Source of the DNA: Octopus vulgaris
Lineage: Eukaryota
Length of the DNA: 64,000 nt
Reading direction: 5' to 3'
NCBI GenBank assembly: GCA_951406725.2
Contig: OX597843.1
Coordinates: forward strand, 19,096,001-19,160,000
The notes below the pieces were generated by a model. That model saw only the letters and a list, made by a program, of their open reading frames with translations. It was not told where the DNA came from and searched no databases. Within the stretch, counting starts at the first letter, position 1. Every line of letters begins with the position of its first letter. Both the position numbers and the translations under genes were made by a program. This document shows, piece by piece, positions 15,575 through 29,439 of the stretch.

Positions 15575-18328
15575 CCCCCTTCCTTCCTCTTTCCCTTATA
15601 TTCTCTTGCCACTTCTCCATTCTTCATCGTCTTATGACATTTTCCTTCCCCACCTCCCAAATTCAGCTCAATTTCTCCTGGTCTTTCGCCTCTTTATTCC
15701 ACATTCTCCCCCTTCCTTCCTCGTTTCCCTTCTTCATATTCTCTTGCCACTTCTATAGTTCTTTATGTTTTATGACATTTTCCTTCCCCACCTCCCAAAT
15801 TCAGCTCAATTTCTCCTGGTCTTTCGCCTCTTTATTCCACATTCTCCCCCTTCCTTCCTCGTTTCCCTTCTTCATATTCTCTTGCCACTTCTATAGTTCT
15901 TTATGTTTTATGACATTTTCCTTCCCCACCTCCCATATTCAGCTCAATTTCTCCTGGTCTTTTGCCTCTTTATTCCACATTCTCCCCCTTCCTTCCTCGT
16001 TTCCCTTCTTCATATTCTCTTGCCACTTCTATAGTTCTTTATGTTTTATGACATTTTCCTTCCCCACCTCCCATATTCAGCTCAATTTCTCCTGGTCTTT
16101 TTCACCTCTTTATTCCACATTCTCCCCCTTCCTTCCTCGTTTCCCTTCTTCATATTCTCTTGCCACTTCTATAGTTCTTTATGTTTTATGACATTTTCCT
16201 TCCCCACCTCCCAAATTCAGCTCAATTTCTCCTGGTCTTTTCACCTCTTTATTCCACATTCTCCCCCTTCCTTCCTCGTTTCCCTTCTTCATATTCTCTT
16301 GCCACTTCTATAGTTCTTTATGTTTTATGACATTTTCCTTCCCCACCTCCCATATTCAGCTCAATTTCTCCTGGTCTTTCACCTCTTTATTCCACATTCT
16401 CCCCCCTTCCTTCCTCGTTTCCCTTCTTCATATTCTCTTGCCACTTCTATAGTTCTTTATGTTTTATGACATTTTCCTTCCCCACCTCCCCATATTCAGC
16501 TCAATTTCTCCTGGTCTTTTACCTCTTTATTCCACATTCTCCCCCCTTCCTTCCTCGTTTCCCTTCTTCATATTCTCTTGCCACTTCTATAGTTCTTTAT
16601 GTTTTATGACATTTTCCTTCCCCACCTCCCATATTCAGCTCAATTTCTCCTGGTCTTTACCTCTTTATTCCACATTCTCCCCCCTTCCTTCCTCCGTTTC
16701 CCTTCTTCATATTCTCTTGCCACTTCTATAGTTCTTTATGTTTTATGACATTTTCCTTCCCCACCTCCCATATTCAGCTCAATTTCTCCTGGTCTTTTAC
16801 CTCTTTATTCCACATTCTCCCCCCTTCCTTCCTCGTTTCCCTTCTTCATATTCTCTTGCCACTTCTATAGTTCTTTATGTTTTATGACATTTTCCTTCCC
16901 CACCTCCCATATTCAGCTCAATTTCTCCTGGTCTTTCACCTCTTTATTCCACATTCTCCCCCTTCCTTCCTCGTTTCCCTTCTTCATATTCTCTTGCCAC
17001 TTCTATAGTTCTTTATGTTTTATGACATTTTCCTTCCCCACCTCCCATATTCAGCTCAATTTCTCCTGGTCTTTCACCTCTTTATTCCACATTCTCCCCC
17101 TTCCTTCCTCGTTTCCCTTCTTCATATTCTCTTGCCACTTCTATAGTTCTTTATGTTTTATGACATTTTCCTTCCCCACCTCCCATATTCAGCTCAATTT
17201 CTCCTGGTCTTTAGCCTCTTTATTCCACATTCTCCCCCCTTCCTTCCTCGTTTCCCTTCTTCATATTCTCTTGCCACTTCTATAGTTCTTTATGTTTTAT
17301 GACATTTTCCTTCCCCACCTCCCATATTCAGCTCAATTTCTCTGGTCTTTCGCCTCTTTATTCCACATTCTCCCCCCTTCCTTCCTCGTTTCCCTTCTTC
17401 ATATTCTCTTGCCACTTCTATAGTTCTTTATGTTTTATGACATTTTCCTTCCCCACCTCCCATATTCAGCTCAATTTCTCCTGGTCTTTCGCCTCTTTAT
17501 TCCACATTCTCCCCCTTCCTTCCTCGTTTCCCTTCTTCATATTCTCTTGCCACTTCTATAGTTCTTTATGTTTTATGACATTTTCCTTCCCCACCTCCCA
17601 AATTCAGCTCAATTTCTCCTGGTTTTTCACCTCTTTATTCCAAATTCTCCACCCTTCCTTCCTCGTTTCCCTTCTTCATATTCTCTTGCCACTTGTATAG
17701 TTCTTTATGTTTTATGACATTTTCTTCTCCACTTCCCATATTCAGCTCAATTTCTCTTGGTCTTTCGCCTCTTTATTCCACATTCTCCCCCCTTCCTTCC
17801 TCGTTTCCCTTCTTCATATTCCCTTGCCACTTCTATAGTTCTTTATGTTTTATGACATTTTCCTTCCCCACCTCCCAAATTCAGCTCAATTTCTCCTGGT
17901 CTTTCACCTCTTTATTCCACATTCTCCCCACTTCCTTCCTCGTTTACATTCTTCATATTCTCTTGCCACTTGTATAGTTCTTTATGATTTATGACATTTT
18001 CCTTCCCTACCTCCCATATTCAGCTCAATTTCTCTTGGTCTTTCGCCTCTTTATTCCACATTCTCCCCCCTTCCTTCCACGTTTCCCTTCTTCATATTCT
18101 CTTGCCACTTCTATAGTTCTTTATGTTTTATGACATTTTCCTTCCCCACCTCCCATATTCAGCTCAATTTCTCCTGGTCTTTCGCCTCTTTATTCCACAT
18201 TCTCCCCCCTTCCTTCCTCGTTTCCCTTCTTCATATTCTCTTGCCACTTGTATAGTTCTTTATGTTTTATGACATTTTCCTTCCCCACCTCCCAAATTCA
18301 GCTCAATTTCTCCTGGTCTTTCACCTCT
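15575..18328. repeat. pyrimidine-rich tandem satellite, 138-139-bp unit, about 20 copies, running into an assembly gap
   Basis: unit tatgacattttccttccccacctccc..ttctatagttcttta repeated head to tail with 1-bp indels. Confidence 0.97.
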
Positions 18329-18428
18329 NNNNNNNNNNNNNNNNNNNNNNNNNNNNNNNNNNNNNNNNNNNNNNNNNNNNNNNNNNNNNNNNNNNNNNNN
18401 NNNNNNNNNNNNNNNNNNNNNNNNNNNN
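18329..18428. other. assembly gap (100 N, true size unknown)
   Basis: run of N. Confidence 1.
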
Positions 18429-18536
18429 CGGCCCCAAATATGACTTTGATTTTCACTTTTTACCAAAATTAAATAAAGTTTCGCCACTTATGTGAATATT
18501 CTGTTATTCAGATAATTCTACTGTCTTCCTTCGCAG

Positions 18537-18611
18537 CTTGTATCGGATAAGTATACTGACTGAAGTACCCAGTTGTTTTAACTCTCTAAATGCATTTTTT
18601 AAAACAACACT
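18537..18611 (+). CDS. candidate divergent LRR-like exon (75 bp, phase 2-2)
   Basis: ttccttcgcag acceptor and gtcagt donor; LYRISILTEVPSCFNSLNAFFKTTL; lacks the conserved LRR Asn. Confidence 0.3.
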
Positions 18612-19859
18612 GTCAGTTTTTCTTCTGTTGATTCTTGTGACTGGCTACACTCGTTTTCTATCCGGAACATAAATCCGTTTTCCAACACTTCACATCTGTT
18701 GTCGAAGTGGTTGCAGAGCAACATGATATTAAGTGGTTTGCATAACACAACATACCTCCCGTTCCAGGAATTGAAACCGAGATACCGTTATTAGCGACAT
18801 TTCGTTCGTCTTTCCTTTCTGCGTTCGAATCCCGCCGAGAAAACAAAAACTGAGAAAGAACGAAATGAGACCAGAATCAGGGTGTGTGTGTGTGTGCGAA
18901 TATAAAAGCCCTCAATGTTGGTTTCCTTGTCCTGTTTTTATGCTTTATGTGTACTGTATTTTTATTTGTATTGCTTTTACGTCCTGTTCTTGTCACTTTT
19001 TTTTTTTTTACCCCTCTGCAAAAGGAATTTTATTTAATTCCTTTTACAGGAAGGACTGCTTCGGTCGGATCGTGTTCTGCCCTTACCTTCGAGCTGGCAG
19101 AAACGTTAGCACGCCGGGCGAAATGCGCCAGGTCATGCGCCCTCAAAAGCAATCAAATTACCAAAACTTTATTTTTCATATGTCCTGGCAACACCCAGAG
19201 AATATTCTTATATACTTGACGCCTTTCTAAAATAAACGCCATTGTTTTTATCGATTATTGGGATGGCGATATCTGCTCAAAGGCACGACTTCATCTCTCT
19301 AGTTACTAAAGTGCAAACCCGACGAATTTTTATGTTTTCCTAGAAAAGATTAAAGAGTCGGTTCTAAATGATGTTTGTTGTTCACTGATTACATGACGAT
19401 GGTCAGAGGCGTTTCAGTCGTGATCATCCCGTCGATTTACTTCTATTCCATTGGGTGATGTGTTCTGTCCGTCGTTAAAACGATAGAATGTGAAACAGTG
19501 GAAGTTGGCTATTATTCCTTAACATTGTTTCAAATGCTTACGATCGGGCTGTTAGCGCAAATGATCGATTGATGGACATTCATTAGTCCTGAAACCCTCA
19601 TCTGCAAACATTATTTGAATTTACCACATGGAGTGGATGTTAATTTTCATAGAACCCTCCGAAATCTCGCCGTTTTATATAAGTCCGGCCTTACTATCAA
19701 GACGAACCATTCACTTGTTAAATGGCATCTGTGACGAAATCATTCCATTAGACGAATGTTAGTGATTATGTTCTATACGGTTTATTCCCCAAATGTGTTT
19801 GGAATAGTGAAATGTTCATGTGCATGGATGATCCCAAGTAAAATACAAGCTCTAACTTG

Positions 19860-20470
19860 CGAGCTGGCAGAAAGTTTAGCACGCCGGGTGAAATGCGTAG
19901 CCGTATTTCGTCTGCCGTTACGTTCTGGGTTCAAATTCCGCCGAGGTCGACTTTGCCTTTCATCCTTTCGGGATCGATTAAATAAGTACCAGTTACGCAC
20001 TGAGGTCAATATAATCGACTTAATCCGTTTGTCTGTCCTTGTTTGTCCTCTCTGTGTTTAGCCCCTTGTGGGTTGTGACGAAATAGGTATTTCGTCTGTC
20101 TTTACGTTCTGAGTTCAAATTCCGTCGAGGTCAACTTTGCCTTTCATCCTTTCGGGGTCGATAAATTAAGCACCAGTGAAACAATGGGCCGATGTAATTG
20201 ACTAGACCCCTTCCTTCAAATTTCAGGCCATGTGACTATGGTAGAAAGGATTATTATTAGATATTTTATTGGCTGAACGATATTTCGACAGTAAATGTGC
20301 CACGAAATGCTTGGCGATATTTCGCCCATCGCTACGTTCTGAGTTCATATTCCGTCGCTGTCTATTTTGCCTTTCATCCTTTCGATATCAATAAATTAAG
20401 TACCATTGAAACACTTATGTCGGTGTAATTCACTTAACCCCTCCCCCATATTGGCTGCCCTTGTAGACCT
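19860..20470 (+). mobile_element. cluster of three tandem SINE units with a Nin/Deu-like core
   Basis: repeated gttcaaattcc B-box followed by gcctttcatcctttcggggtcgataaattaagtacca; related pieces near 19090, 33365, 39470(-) and 50520. Confidence 0.75.
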
Positions 20471-20478
20471 TGTCGCAA

Positions 20479-20529
<51 letters not shown>

Positions 20530-20533
<4 letters not shown>

Positions 20534-21133
20534 TAGTTTCATTTTTATAGCGTTCTTTCACTTCACTACCGAGCGCAGCTCTGTGTGCCTTAGGTATGTG
20601 CTGTGATTTGTTGTGATGCTCTGATGGTTATCGTATGGAAAGTGTTCTGCGTAGGATGTGTGCAGTGCCTAGTAGTGCAATTTTCTGTATGTTATATGTG
20701 TTTGTAAGTCCTGGTGTTTTTGTTATGTATTTGTCTGAATATTTTTTTATCATGCCTAATGCACCTACTATGATAGGAATTGTTTCTGTTTTCAGGTTCC
20801 ACATTCTAGTTACCTCTATTTCCAGGTCTTTGTATTTTGAGAGTTTCTCCATTTCTTTTAGAGACACGTTGTCATCTGCCGGTATTGATACATCAATTAG
20901 AAAGCATTTTTTCTTCATGATCTCTGACAACTATATCTGGTCTGTTGGCCTTAATTTCTCTATCTGTGTGTATCGGCATATCCCAGAGTATGGTTGCTTT
21001 CTCGTTTTCTGTGACCTTTTCTGGTGTGTGCCTATACCATCTTTTTTCTGTTGTTATTCCATAGTGTTGGCATAGCTTCCAATGTATGTAGGTTCCAACT
21101 CTGTCATGTCTGTGAATATATTCCTTCTTAGCC

Positions 21134-21135
<2 letters not shown>
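20530..21135 (-). mobile_element. RLE family A, about 600-bp endonuclease-region copy
   Basis: KKEYIHRHDRVG..RPDIVV..EKLSKY plus the family A 3' UTR; bounded by (TTA)n. Confidence 0.92.
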
Positions 21136-21197
<62 letters not shown>

Positions 21198-21201
<4 letters not shown>

Positions 21202-21797
21202 TAGTTTTATTTTTATAGCGTGCTTGCACTTCACTACCGAGCGCAGTTCTGTGTGCCTTAGGCATGTGCTGTGATTTGTTGTGATGCTCTGATGGTTGTT
21301 GTATGGAAAGTATTCTGCGTAGGATGTGTGCAGTGCCTAGTAGTGCAATTTTCTGTATGTTATATGTGTTTGTAAGTCCTGGTGTTTTTGTTATGTATTT
21401 GTCTGAATATTTTTTTATCATGCCTAATGCGCCTACTATATGAATTGTTTCTGTTTTTAGATTCCACATTCTGGTTACCTCTATTTCCAGGTCTTTGTAT
21501 TTTGAAAGTTTCTCCATTTCTTTTAGAGACACGTTGTCATCTGCCGGTATTGATACATCAATTAGAAAGCATGTTTTTCTTCATGATCTCTGACAACTAT
21601 ATCTGGTCTGTTGGCCTTAATTTTTCTATCTGTGTGTATCGACATATCCCAGAGTATGGTTGCTTTCTCGTTTTCTGTAACCTTTTCTGGTTGTGCCTAT
21701 ACCATCTTTTTCTGTTGTTATTCCATAATGTTGGCATAGCTTCCAATGTATGTAGGTTCCAACTCTGTCATGTCTGTGAATATATTCCTTCTTAGCC

Positions 21798-21799
<2 letters not shown>
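21198..21799 (-). mobile_element. RLE family A, second 600-bp copy with the identical 5' end
   Basis: same boundaries as 20530..21135, with several substitutions and indels. Confidence 0.92.
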
Positions 21800-21854
<55 letters not shown>

Positions 21855-21857
<3 letters not shown>

Positions 21858-22029
21858 TATGTTTGACTTTTGCTTTATGTCTGTACATGTTGGCTCCAAG
21901 TCTCACCCAGGGACCACAAGAGACAACAGGTTGGAAGTTCTGTCCCATATATTTGGGGGTTTTTTTGTGTTGTACTAGTCAATGTCTAATACATAAAAAT
22001 AAAATTTAAAAAAAATAAATAAATAAAAT

Positions 22030-22062
<33 letters not shown>

Positions 22063-24207
22063 TGTTTGTTTTAAACCTTGGGATTACATAGAGAGTATTT
22101 TGCGTAGGATATGAGCAGTTCCCATGAGCACTATCTTTTGAATTTCTGCCATTTTGGGGTTTCCTGGTATCTGAGTTAGGTAGCAATTAGTCCCTTTCGC
22201 TATCATTCCCAGGGCACCTATGACAACAGGTATTGTTTTAGTCTTCCGCTTCCACATTTTACTGATTTCTATTTCAAGATCTTTATATTTGCTCAGTTTT
22301 TGGTAGGTCTTGACAGATACGTTTATATCGATTGGGACAGTCATATCAATGAGGAGGCATGTTGTTTGTCTGAAGTCTTTCAATATGATGTCTGGCCTAT
22401 TTGCATCTATCTTCCTGTCAGTTTGAATGGTGAAGTTCCAGAGGAGTGAGATGTGGTCATTTTGAAGCACTGGAGGTGGATTGTGTTCCCACCAGTTTTT
22501 TTCATGGGGCAAATCCAAGTTTTTGCAAATTACCCAGTGAATATATTGTGCAGCTCTATCATGCCTGTTGAGGTACTCTGTAGGCGCTAGAAGACTGCAT
22601 TTGGAGACAACATGATCAATGGTTTCATTTTGTTGTCGGCATACACGACATTGTTGGGCTACTGCCGTTCTTTAATATGTTGGCCTGGTAGTTTCTTGTT
22701 GGTAGGCATTGATCTTGAGCTGCTATGATAAACCCCTCTGTTTCAGATTTTAAGCCAGAGGCCATTAGCCATTGATGGGTCAGGGCTTTGTCAATATCTG
22801 CATTATTCGCTCTCTTTGGGTATTTGCCATAGAGAGGTTTTTCTTGCCATTTTTTATTCAGAATATCTAAGGCCGCAGTTTTGGCACGGGTTTTCATGCG
22901 CTTAGCTTTTTCTGTGCTTGTTTCTTGTATGTTTATCTCTAATTCCGAAATTGGTTGTATTCGGAATTCACTTAGATATTCCTTTGCCTGTTTTGTGACT
23001 GAGTATGATGCTTTCTTGTTTTCATGTTTTGAGACAAGTTTTAACATCCAGTCCTCAGAGATTTTCAGGTAGGTGTCTAGGCCAATTGTAGCAATCTTCA
23101 TTGTTATTGCAAGTTGTAAAAGACCACGGCCTCCCTCTTTTCTTGGCAGATAGAGTCGTTCTGTATCTGCCTTAGGGTGGTGCATTCTATGCAGTGTCAA
23201 CAGTTTCCTTATTTTTCTGTCGAGCTGACATATTTCAGTAATTGACCAGTTAACAACATTGAAACTGTAAGTCACGACTGGTATGGCTAAAGCATTGATC
23301 GCTTCGATCCTGTTTCTTGCATTCAGCTCTGTCTTGAGTATTGCTCTCACTCTTCGATAGCATTCTCTCCTGAACCTTTCCTTCATCTCTGAATGCCTTA
23401 TTCCGTTCCCTTCAATTACCCCTAGGTACTTGTAGCTCTCCGCTGGGTCTAGTTCTTTTATGACATTCTGCTGGTCAAGGTTAACGTTAGATGTTTCTGT
23501 CAGTTTTCCTTTGATAAATGTAGCTTTTGCACATTTATCGAGGACGAAATGCATTCTGATGTCGTCACTGAATTGTTTGACTATCGCTACTAAGCCCTTG
23601 AGTTGTTGGTCATTTTTTGCAAAAAGCCTTAAATCATCCATGTAAATGAGATGATTTATATTTTTATCAATCATTTTATACCCGTACTGCGCGTCATTGA
23701 GCAGCTTTGAGAGAGGTATTAAGGATAAACAAAAGAGGAGTTGTGACAGTGAGTCACCCTGGAAAATGCCACACGAAATTTTTACATCACCAGCATTTAG
23801 GGATTCATTGTCACTGTTCAGAGTTAGTCTGGTTCTTCATGATCTCATACTTACAGTCAAGAGGTTTCCTGCAGAGTAGGTGCTATCTTATACATTTCCA
23901 GGCATTTCCTAATCCAGCTATGTGGTAGGCTATCAAAAGCTTTTTTATAGTCTATCCAGGCTATTGATAAGTTTTTGTGTCGTTTGTGACAATCTTCTAA
24001 GATCATCTTATTGATGAGTAGTTGGTCTTTACAGCCGTAAGATCCACGTTTACATCCTTTCTGTTCATTAGGGAATATGCTGTTGTCTGTTAAAAAACTA
24101 TAGGTATATTCCGTCAGGACAGATGTTAGCGTTACTATAGGTATATTCCGTCAGGACAAATGTTAGCGTTACTATAGGTATATTCCGTCAGGACAGATGT
24201 TAGCGTT
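21855..24207 (-). mobile_element. RLE family B, longer 5'-truncated copy
   Basis: ORFs 22625..23674 (IYMDDLRLF) and 22084..22518; GIFQGDSLS and WIDYKKAFDS upstream; homologous to 2579..4252. Confidence 0.93.
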
Positions 24208-24211
24208 TTAA

Positions 24212-24269
<58 letters not shown>

Positions 24270-24805
24270 GAGTGAGAGAACAGTGCATGTCATCAAAGTG
24301 ACACTGGCGTAAAATATACGAAGCCCAGTATACCCATCATGATTACCCGTCTGATAAGGGTGCTGCAGGCCCATATCCATATGTGCGCGACATGGCGATC
24401 TTATATCAATATAAACAGTGCATAACTCTACAGATGGGTTCGAGTTAGAATTTTCTTCAATTTCAGTAACCCATCCCGCTCAAAAGTACCCTGAATTAAG
24501 TTTGTTTAAAGATGAACAAAATACCCAAGTTTCCGGAGAGGTAATATTGAAACCCCAAAGAATTCCTCGCAACACATGGCTATTGTACTCCCAACTACTT
24601 CTGCTCGTGATCAGAGATGCACATATCGTCAGCCACTAAGGGACATGGCTAACTGGTTAAAATCAAGCAAATGACAAGCAAATCTGTGGTATTGAGCAGA
24701 ATATTTGCTGTAGGCCATCTTTTATACCAAAACAAAACAATGTATATGATAATACTTCCAATCACTTGAGATCAGCAGCCATGAAAGTCACTGCCTGGTA
24801 CTGCA
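24270..24805 (-). mobile_element. non-coding interspersed element embedded in (TTA)n, copy 2
   Basis: homologous to 8336..8784 with about 100 bp of extra internal sequence. Confidence 0.75.
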
Positions 24806-24902
24806 TTATTATTATTATTATCATTAATATTATTATTATTATTAATATTATTATTAATATTATTATTATTATTATTAATATTATTATTATTATTATTATT
24901 AC

Positions 24903-24942
<40 letters not shown>

Positions 24943-24953
24943 ATTATTATTAA

Positions 24954-25022
<69 letters not shown>

Positions 25023-25024
25023 CC

Positions 25025-25074
<50 letters not shown>

Positions 25075-25173
25075 ATTATTATTATTATTATTACTATTAT
25101 TATTATTATTATTATTATTATCCTTATTATTATTATTATTATTATTTATTATTATTATCATTATTATTATTAT

Positions 25174-25242
<69 letters not shown>

Positions 25243-25716
25243 AAGTAGTAGTAGTATTGTTTTTGGTGTTATTATTATCATTATTAGTATTGTTGTTGTT
25301 GTTGTTGTTGTTATTATCATTAGTTTATTTAAATTCTTGCGTCACACATACTATGATCTCCTCATCGACTCTCTGCTCCACCTGTTTCTTCTTATCCTGC
25401 TTAATCCATTATTAAAAATTGTATTTAATATCTACTTTTCTACTGTTTGTCAAGTGGATTGTTTCTCAAATAATTTTTACTCGGAACAATTGTACATTTT
25501 TCCCTGGTTAAAACGGAATTTCCCACTTGGTGCAGCTACATATTTTAGTAATTGTTTGCAAGTGCTATGATACTTGTGAAGCTTACTTTCAACGACGCAA
25601 ATGTCTCGTTTTCACAATTGCAAGTTTATGGTTGCATGAAAAATTCGGACAAGCTGAAGTAGACGGGGTGGGCAGTGAGGAGAGGAGAGAAGACAGAGAA
25701 ATAGACACACACACAT

Positions 25717-25764
<48 letters not shown>

Positions 25765-25782
25765 GTGTGTGTATATATATAT

Positions 25783-25880
25783 AAACATTATTTTATATAA
25801 TTAGGGTTCAGCAAAAAAATTTACCTATTCTACTGTAGTAGAATTTTTTTGCTGAACCCTAATTATATAAAATAATGTTT
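25783..25880. repeat. perfect inverted repeat, about 39-bp arms and 20-bp spacer, between (TA)n tracts
   Basis: aaacattattttatataattagggttcagcaaaaaaatt followed by its reverse complement. Confidence 0.9.
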
Positions 25881-25982
25881 AAGTTTACCGTAAATGGTCC
25901 TTTTACATTTTACATACTGAACACTGCTTGGTAAAATTGTTAATTACAAATCAATTAATTAAATTTACCCTTATTATTATTA

Positions 25983-26108
<126 letters not shown>

Positions 26109-26218
26109 CTTTCTGCTTATCAAAATGTTTATCTAATTATTAATCTGTCTCGTTACCGTTCTCTCTCCCTCCCTCTTTCTTCCCTTTCTCCCTCCATCCC
26201 TCCCTCCCTTACTCTCTC

Positions 26219-26267
<49 letters not shown>

Positions 26268-26360
26268 TTATCTATCTATCCATCTGTCTGTCTATCTCGC
26301 TTTCTCTCTCTTTCTCTTGCGCTCTCTCTTTTTCCATATACATACATTCCGAAATATACA

Positions 26361-26392
<32 letters not shown>

Positions 26393-26405
26393 GTATGTAT
26401 GCATG

Positions 26406-26452
<47 letters not shown>

Positions 26453-26460
26453 TTATATAC

Positions 26461-26550
<90 letters not shown>

Positions 26551-26650
26551 GTATTTATGGATAAAACCATTATCTGAAATATCGATCTTATCCGATGGCT
26601 TGCATGGGAATAAAAATCTCAACGTTAATGATTGATTATTGAAATTATAA

Positions 26651-26784
26651 TTAAGGGTATCTAAGAGATACCACCACGCCAGAAATAGCACCCAAAACTT
26701 GACACTGAAACCGCATTAATGTGGTTTTAGAGTAAAGTTTTGGCTGCTATTTCCAGCGTCGTGTTATCTCTTAGAAACCATTAA
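26651..26784. repeat. imperfect 130-bp palindrome (MITE-like)
   Basis: tctaagagata/tatctcttaga, gaaatagca/tgctatttc, ccaaaactt/aagttttgg and aaaccgcat/atgtggttt nested around cattaatg. Confidence 0.75.
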
Positions 26785-26828
26785 ATAAAATTTATATATA
26801 TATACATATATATATATATATTTTCTAG

Positions 26829-28305
26829 TTTCAGCTCAGAGCTGCGGCCATGCTGATGGATCGCCGTTTTGTGCTACACTGTTCTTACGAAGAACCTCGT
26901 CTAATATGTGGCACTTGGTGAAGAATGGAGTTCGATATAGCTACTCTCATTTGCACCTCTTGCCGTGAGGTAGGTTCATCTGGGACTCTTGACAGGAAGA
27001 TGTCCAGCTTTGATTTAAAAACCGCTACATCTACTTTGTGCAAGTTCCTCAGACTCTTTGTGAGAATATTAAAAAGTTGTGGGCCCTTGAATCCCAGGCT
27101 TTTGCAGAAGCTGGTCCTGAAGCGTGATGGCACTATGCAGTGTCGTCCCGCTCTAGTATTGGTGTAGCTTACAATGCCAAAATTTGGCACAATTCCTTCC
27201 AGGTTCTTCCAAACATATATTGCTGCATACCTCTCCCGTTTTCTCTCCAGGGAGTAGAGTCTTAGCTGTTTCAACCTTTCCCAGTAGCTGAGCTGTTGCA
27301 AAGAGACGATCCTCTTTGTGAATCTTCTCTGGATTGCTTCAAGGTCCGCTGTTAATTTCACACTGGTGGGTGACCATAGCTGTGAGCAGTAATCCATGCG
27401 GCTGAGGACGAATGTCCGCCAGAGGACCAACATCGTTTCCTTATCTCTGGTTCTGAATGTTCTTAGGATCCATCCATCCAGTCGTCTGCACTTTGTCGCA
27501 ATCCTGGTAATGTGCACTTGGAAAGAGGTATCATCACTCATGTCGATACCCAGATCCCTCACAGACTTAGGCTCTGGGATTGAAATTCCCTGTGGACCGG
27601 TGTATCCTGTAAGTTTAATATTCAGTTTTGGATGCTGGTAGCGCAGGGCCTGGAATTTTTCAGCATTAAGCTGCATATTATTATCTTCAGCCCATCTGTA
27701 GATTGAGTCCAATTCCTGCTGCAGGTGTGCAACATCGCTGGGGTTCTGTATTTTCGGCGAGACTTTCGTATCGTCTGCATAGCTTGCCAGAGTGGCTATC
27801 CGGGCATATCTGAGAGGGCCACTATCAAAAGCAGTGGTCCCAAGACAGTGCCCTGTGGAACACCGCTCACTATTTGTGTGTTCATAGAGGTGGCTCCATT
27901 AACCACTACTGCCTGACTCCTATCTTTCAGGAAGTCATTTAACCACACTCCAAGTTTTCCAGCTATGCCGAGATCACGCAGTTTGTGGCATATCATACCA
28001 TGATCCACCTTGTCAAAAGCTTTTGAAAAATCAAGGTAGATTACGTCCACATTTGATTTGTTGAGTAATTGTCTCAACACCCAGTCATAATGTTGTAAGA
28101 GCTGGGTCAGGCAGCTCCTACCTGGTCGAAAACCATGCTGGGTATCACTCAGCAAGTTATTTTCCTCAAGGAATGCGATTAGTTTCTTTCTGACTATCCG
28201 TTCCAGGAATTTGCTGATGTGTGAAGTCAGAGAGATAGGCCTATAGCTTTTGTCATCTGCTCTACTTCCCTTTATGTATTGGGCATATTATTTCTTCCTT
28301 CAGCT
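26829..28305 (-). mobile_element. CR1-clade LINE, 5'-truncated
   Basis: QHGFRPGRSCLTQLL, YLDFSKAFDKVDH, GVPQGTVLGPLL, SYADDTK, LYSLERKRER; flanked by (TA)n. Confidence 0.93.
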
Positions 28306-28552
28306 TGTTATATATATATAACGGAAGTTAATTAGTCCGATGGGTATTTCCAAAGTTAAAACGCTGACGAAAATGCGAGCTTTGGTAATTAACGATTAAC
28401 GGTTTCGTGCCTAGATTTATATTTGTTTTTGTTTTGGTTTTTGTGAATTCTCCCTATATAGATATTAGTTATTAATATTTGAGAGAATAAAATCCAAAAG
28501 ATGGTGTAATTTAAATGTTCATTTTGAATTGGTAAAAGGTGTTTTTTTTAAA

Positions 28553-28607
<55 letters not shown>

Positions 28608-28967
28608 ATATAAGTTAAATTAGAGATAAAACCACTATTAGGCAAATCAAACTGTGAAAAACATAAACCAAAACATAGAAATAAAAATAATTAATATAAT
28701 ATACAAAATATATAATATATATAATATTTTAATTATTTAAATTGAAAGTTAAAAATTTAAGATTATTAATTTACATTTATAAATTTATATATATATATAT
28801 ATTTAATTTTTTTTTTATTAAATATATATATCTATCAAAAAGTATTAAAAATTTAATATAAGATAAATATATATGTATGCATGTATGTATGTATGTATGT
28901 ATGTATGTATGTATGTATGTATGTATGTATGTATGTATGTATGTATGTATGTATGTATGTATGTATG

Positions 28968-29439
28968 TGCAAGCCATTCAAACACAACTCTAATCCGATT
29001 TTCACACATACACACAGAAACTTTTTCTGCATTAATCGAACACTAAAGAACGAAAGCCAAAAATCTCTTATGATAGTATAAATATAATTACTAACATGCG
29101 TGGTATTCGTTGTTTATTTCTCATCATGGCTTAGATACAATTGTAAAACTTTAAAATATGACAGCCAAGATAAGATGGACGGTAAAACTGTACTTATTAT
29201 AGATACTTGAACAGGGATCGGAAAGGCAGTGGCAGAACATCTATCACAAGGAACTAAGGTTATATTAACATACTGTAACTTAACTAAAGCGAACACAGCA
29301 GCCGATGAAATGCTTTCTTCAACTGGTGTTTATTGGAAAATGATCAAATTTTCGTTCTTAATTGTCCGGTTGATGCAGAAAAAGTTTTTTTTTGTGTATG
29401 TGTGAAAATCGGATTAGGGTTGTGTTTGAATGGCTTGCA
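28968..29439. mobile_element. non-autonomous inverted-repeat element (about 88-bp arms) carrying a host gene fragment
   Basis: 28968-29055 is the imperfect reverse complement of 29350-29439; the interior has SDR coding similarity. Confidence 0.7.
29100..29327 (+). pseudogene. retinol dehydrogenase 11-14-like SDR N-terminal fragment with an in-frame stop
   Basis: VVFVVYFSSWLRYNCKTLKYDSQDKMDGKTVLIIDT*TGIGKAVAEHLSQGTKVILTYCNLTKANTAADEMLSSTG aligns by eye to DGKTVIITGANTGIGKETA..LA.RGA.VILACR...KA..AA.EI. Confidence 0.82.

Noticed and set aside
15575-18328. Regular repeat array as a CRISPR array or repeat protein gene
   Set aside because: Units are head to tail with no unique spacers, frameshifting indels are frequent, and the context is eukaryotic
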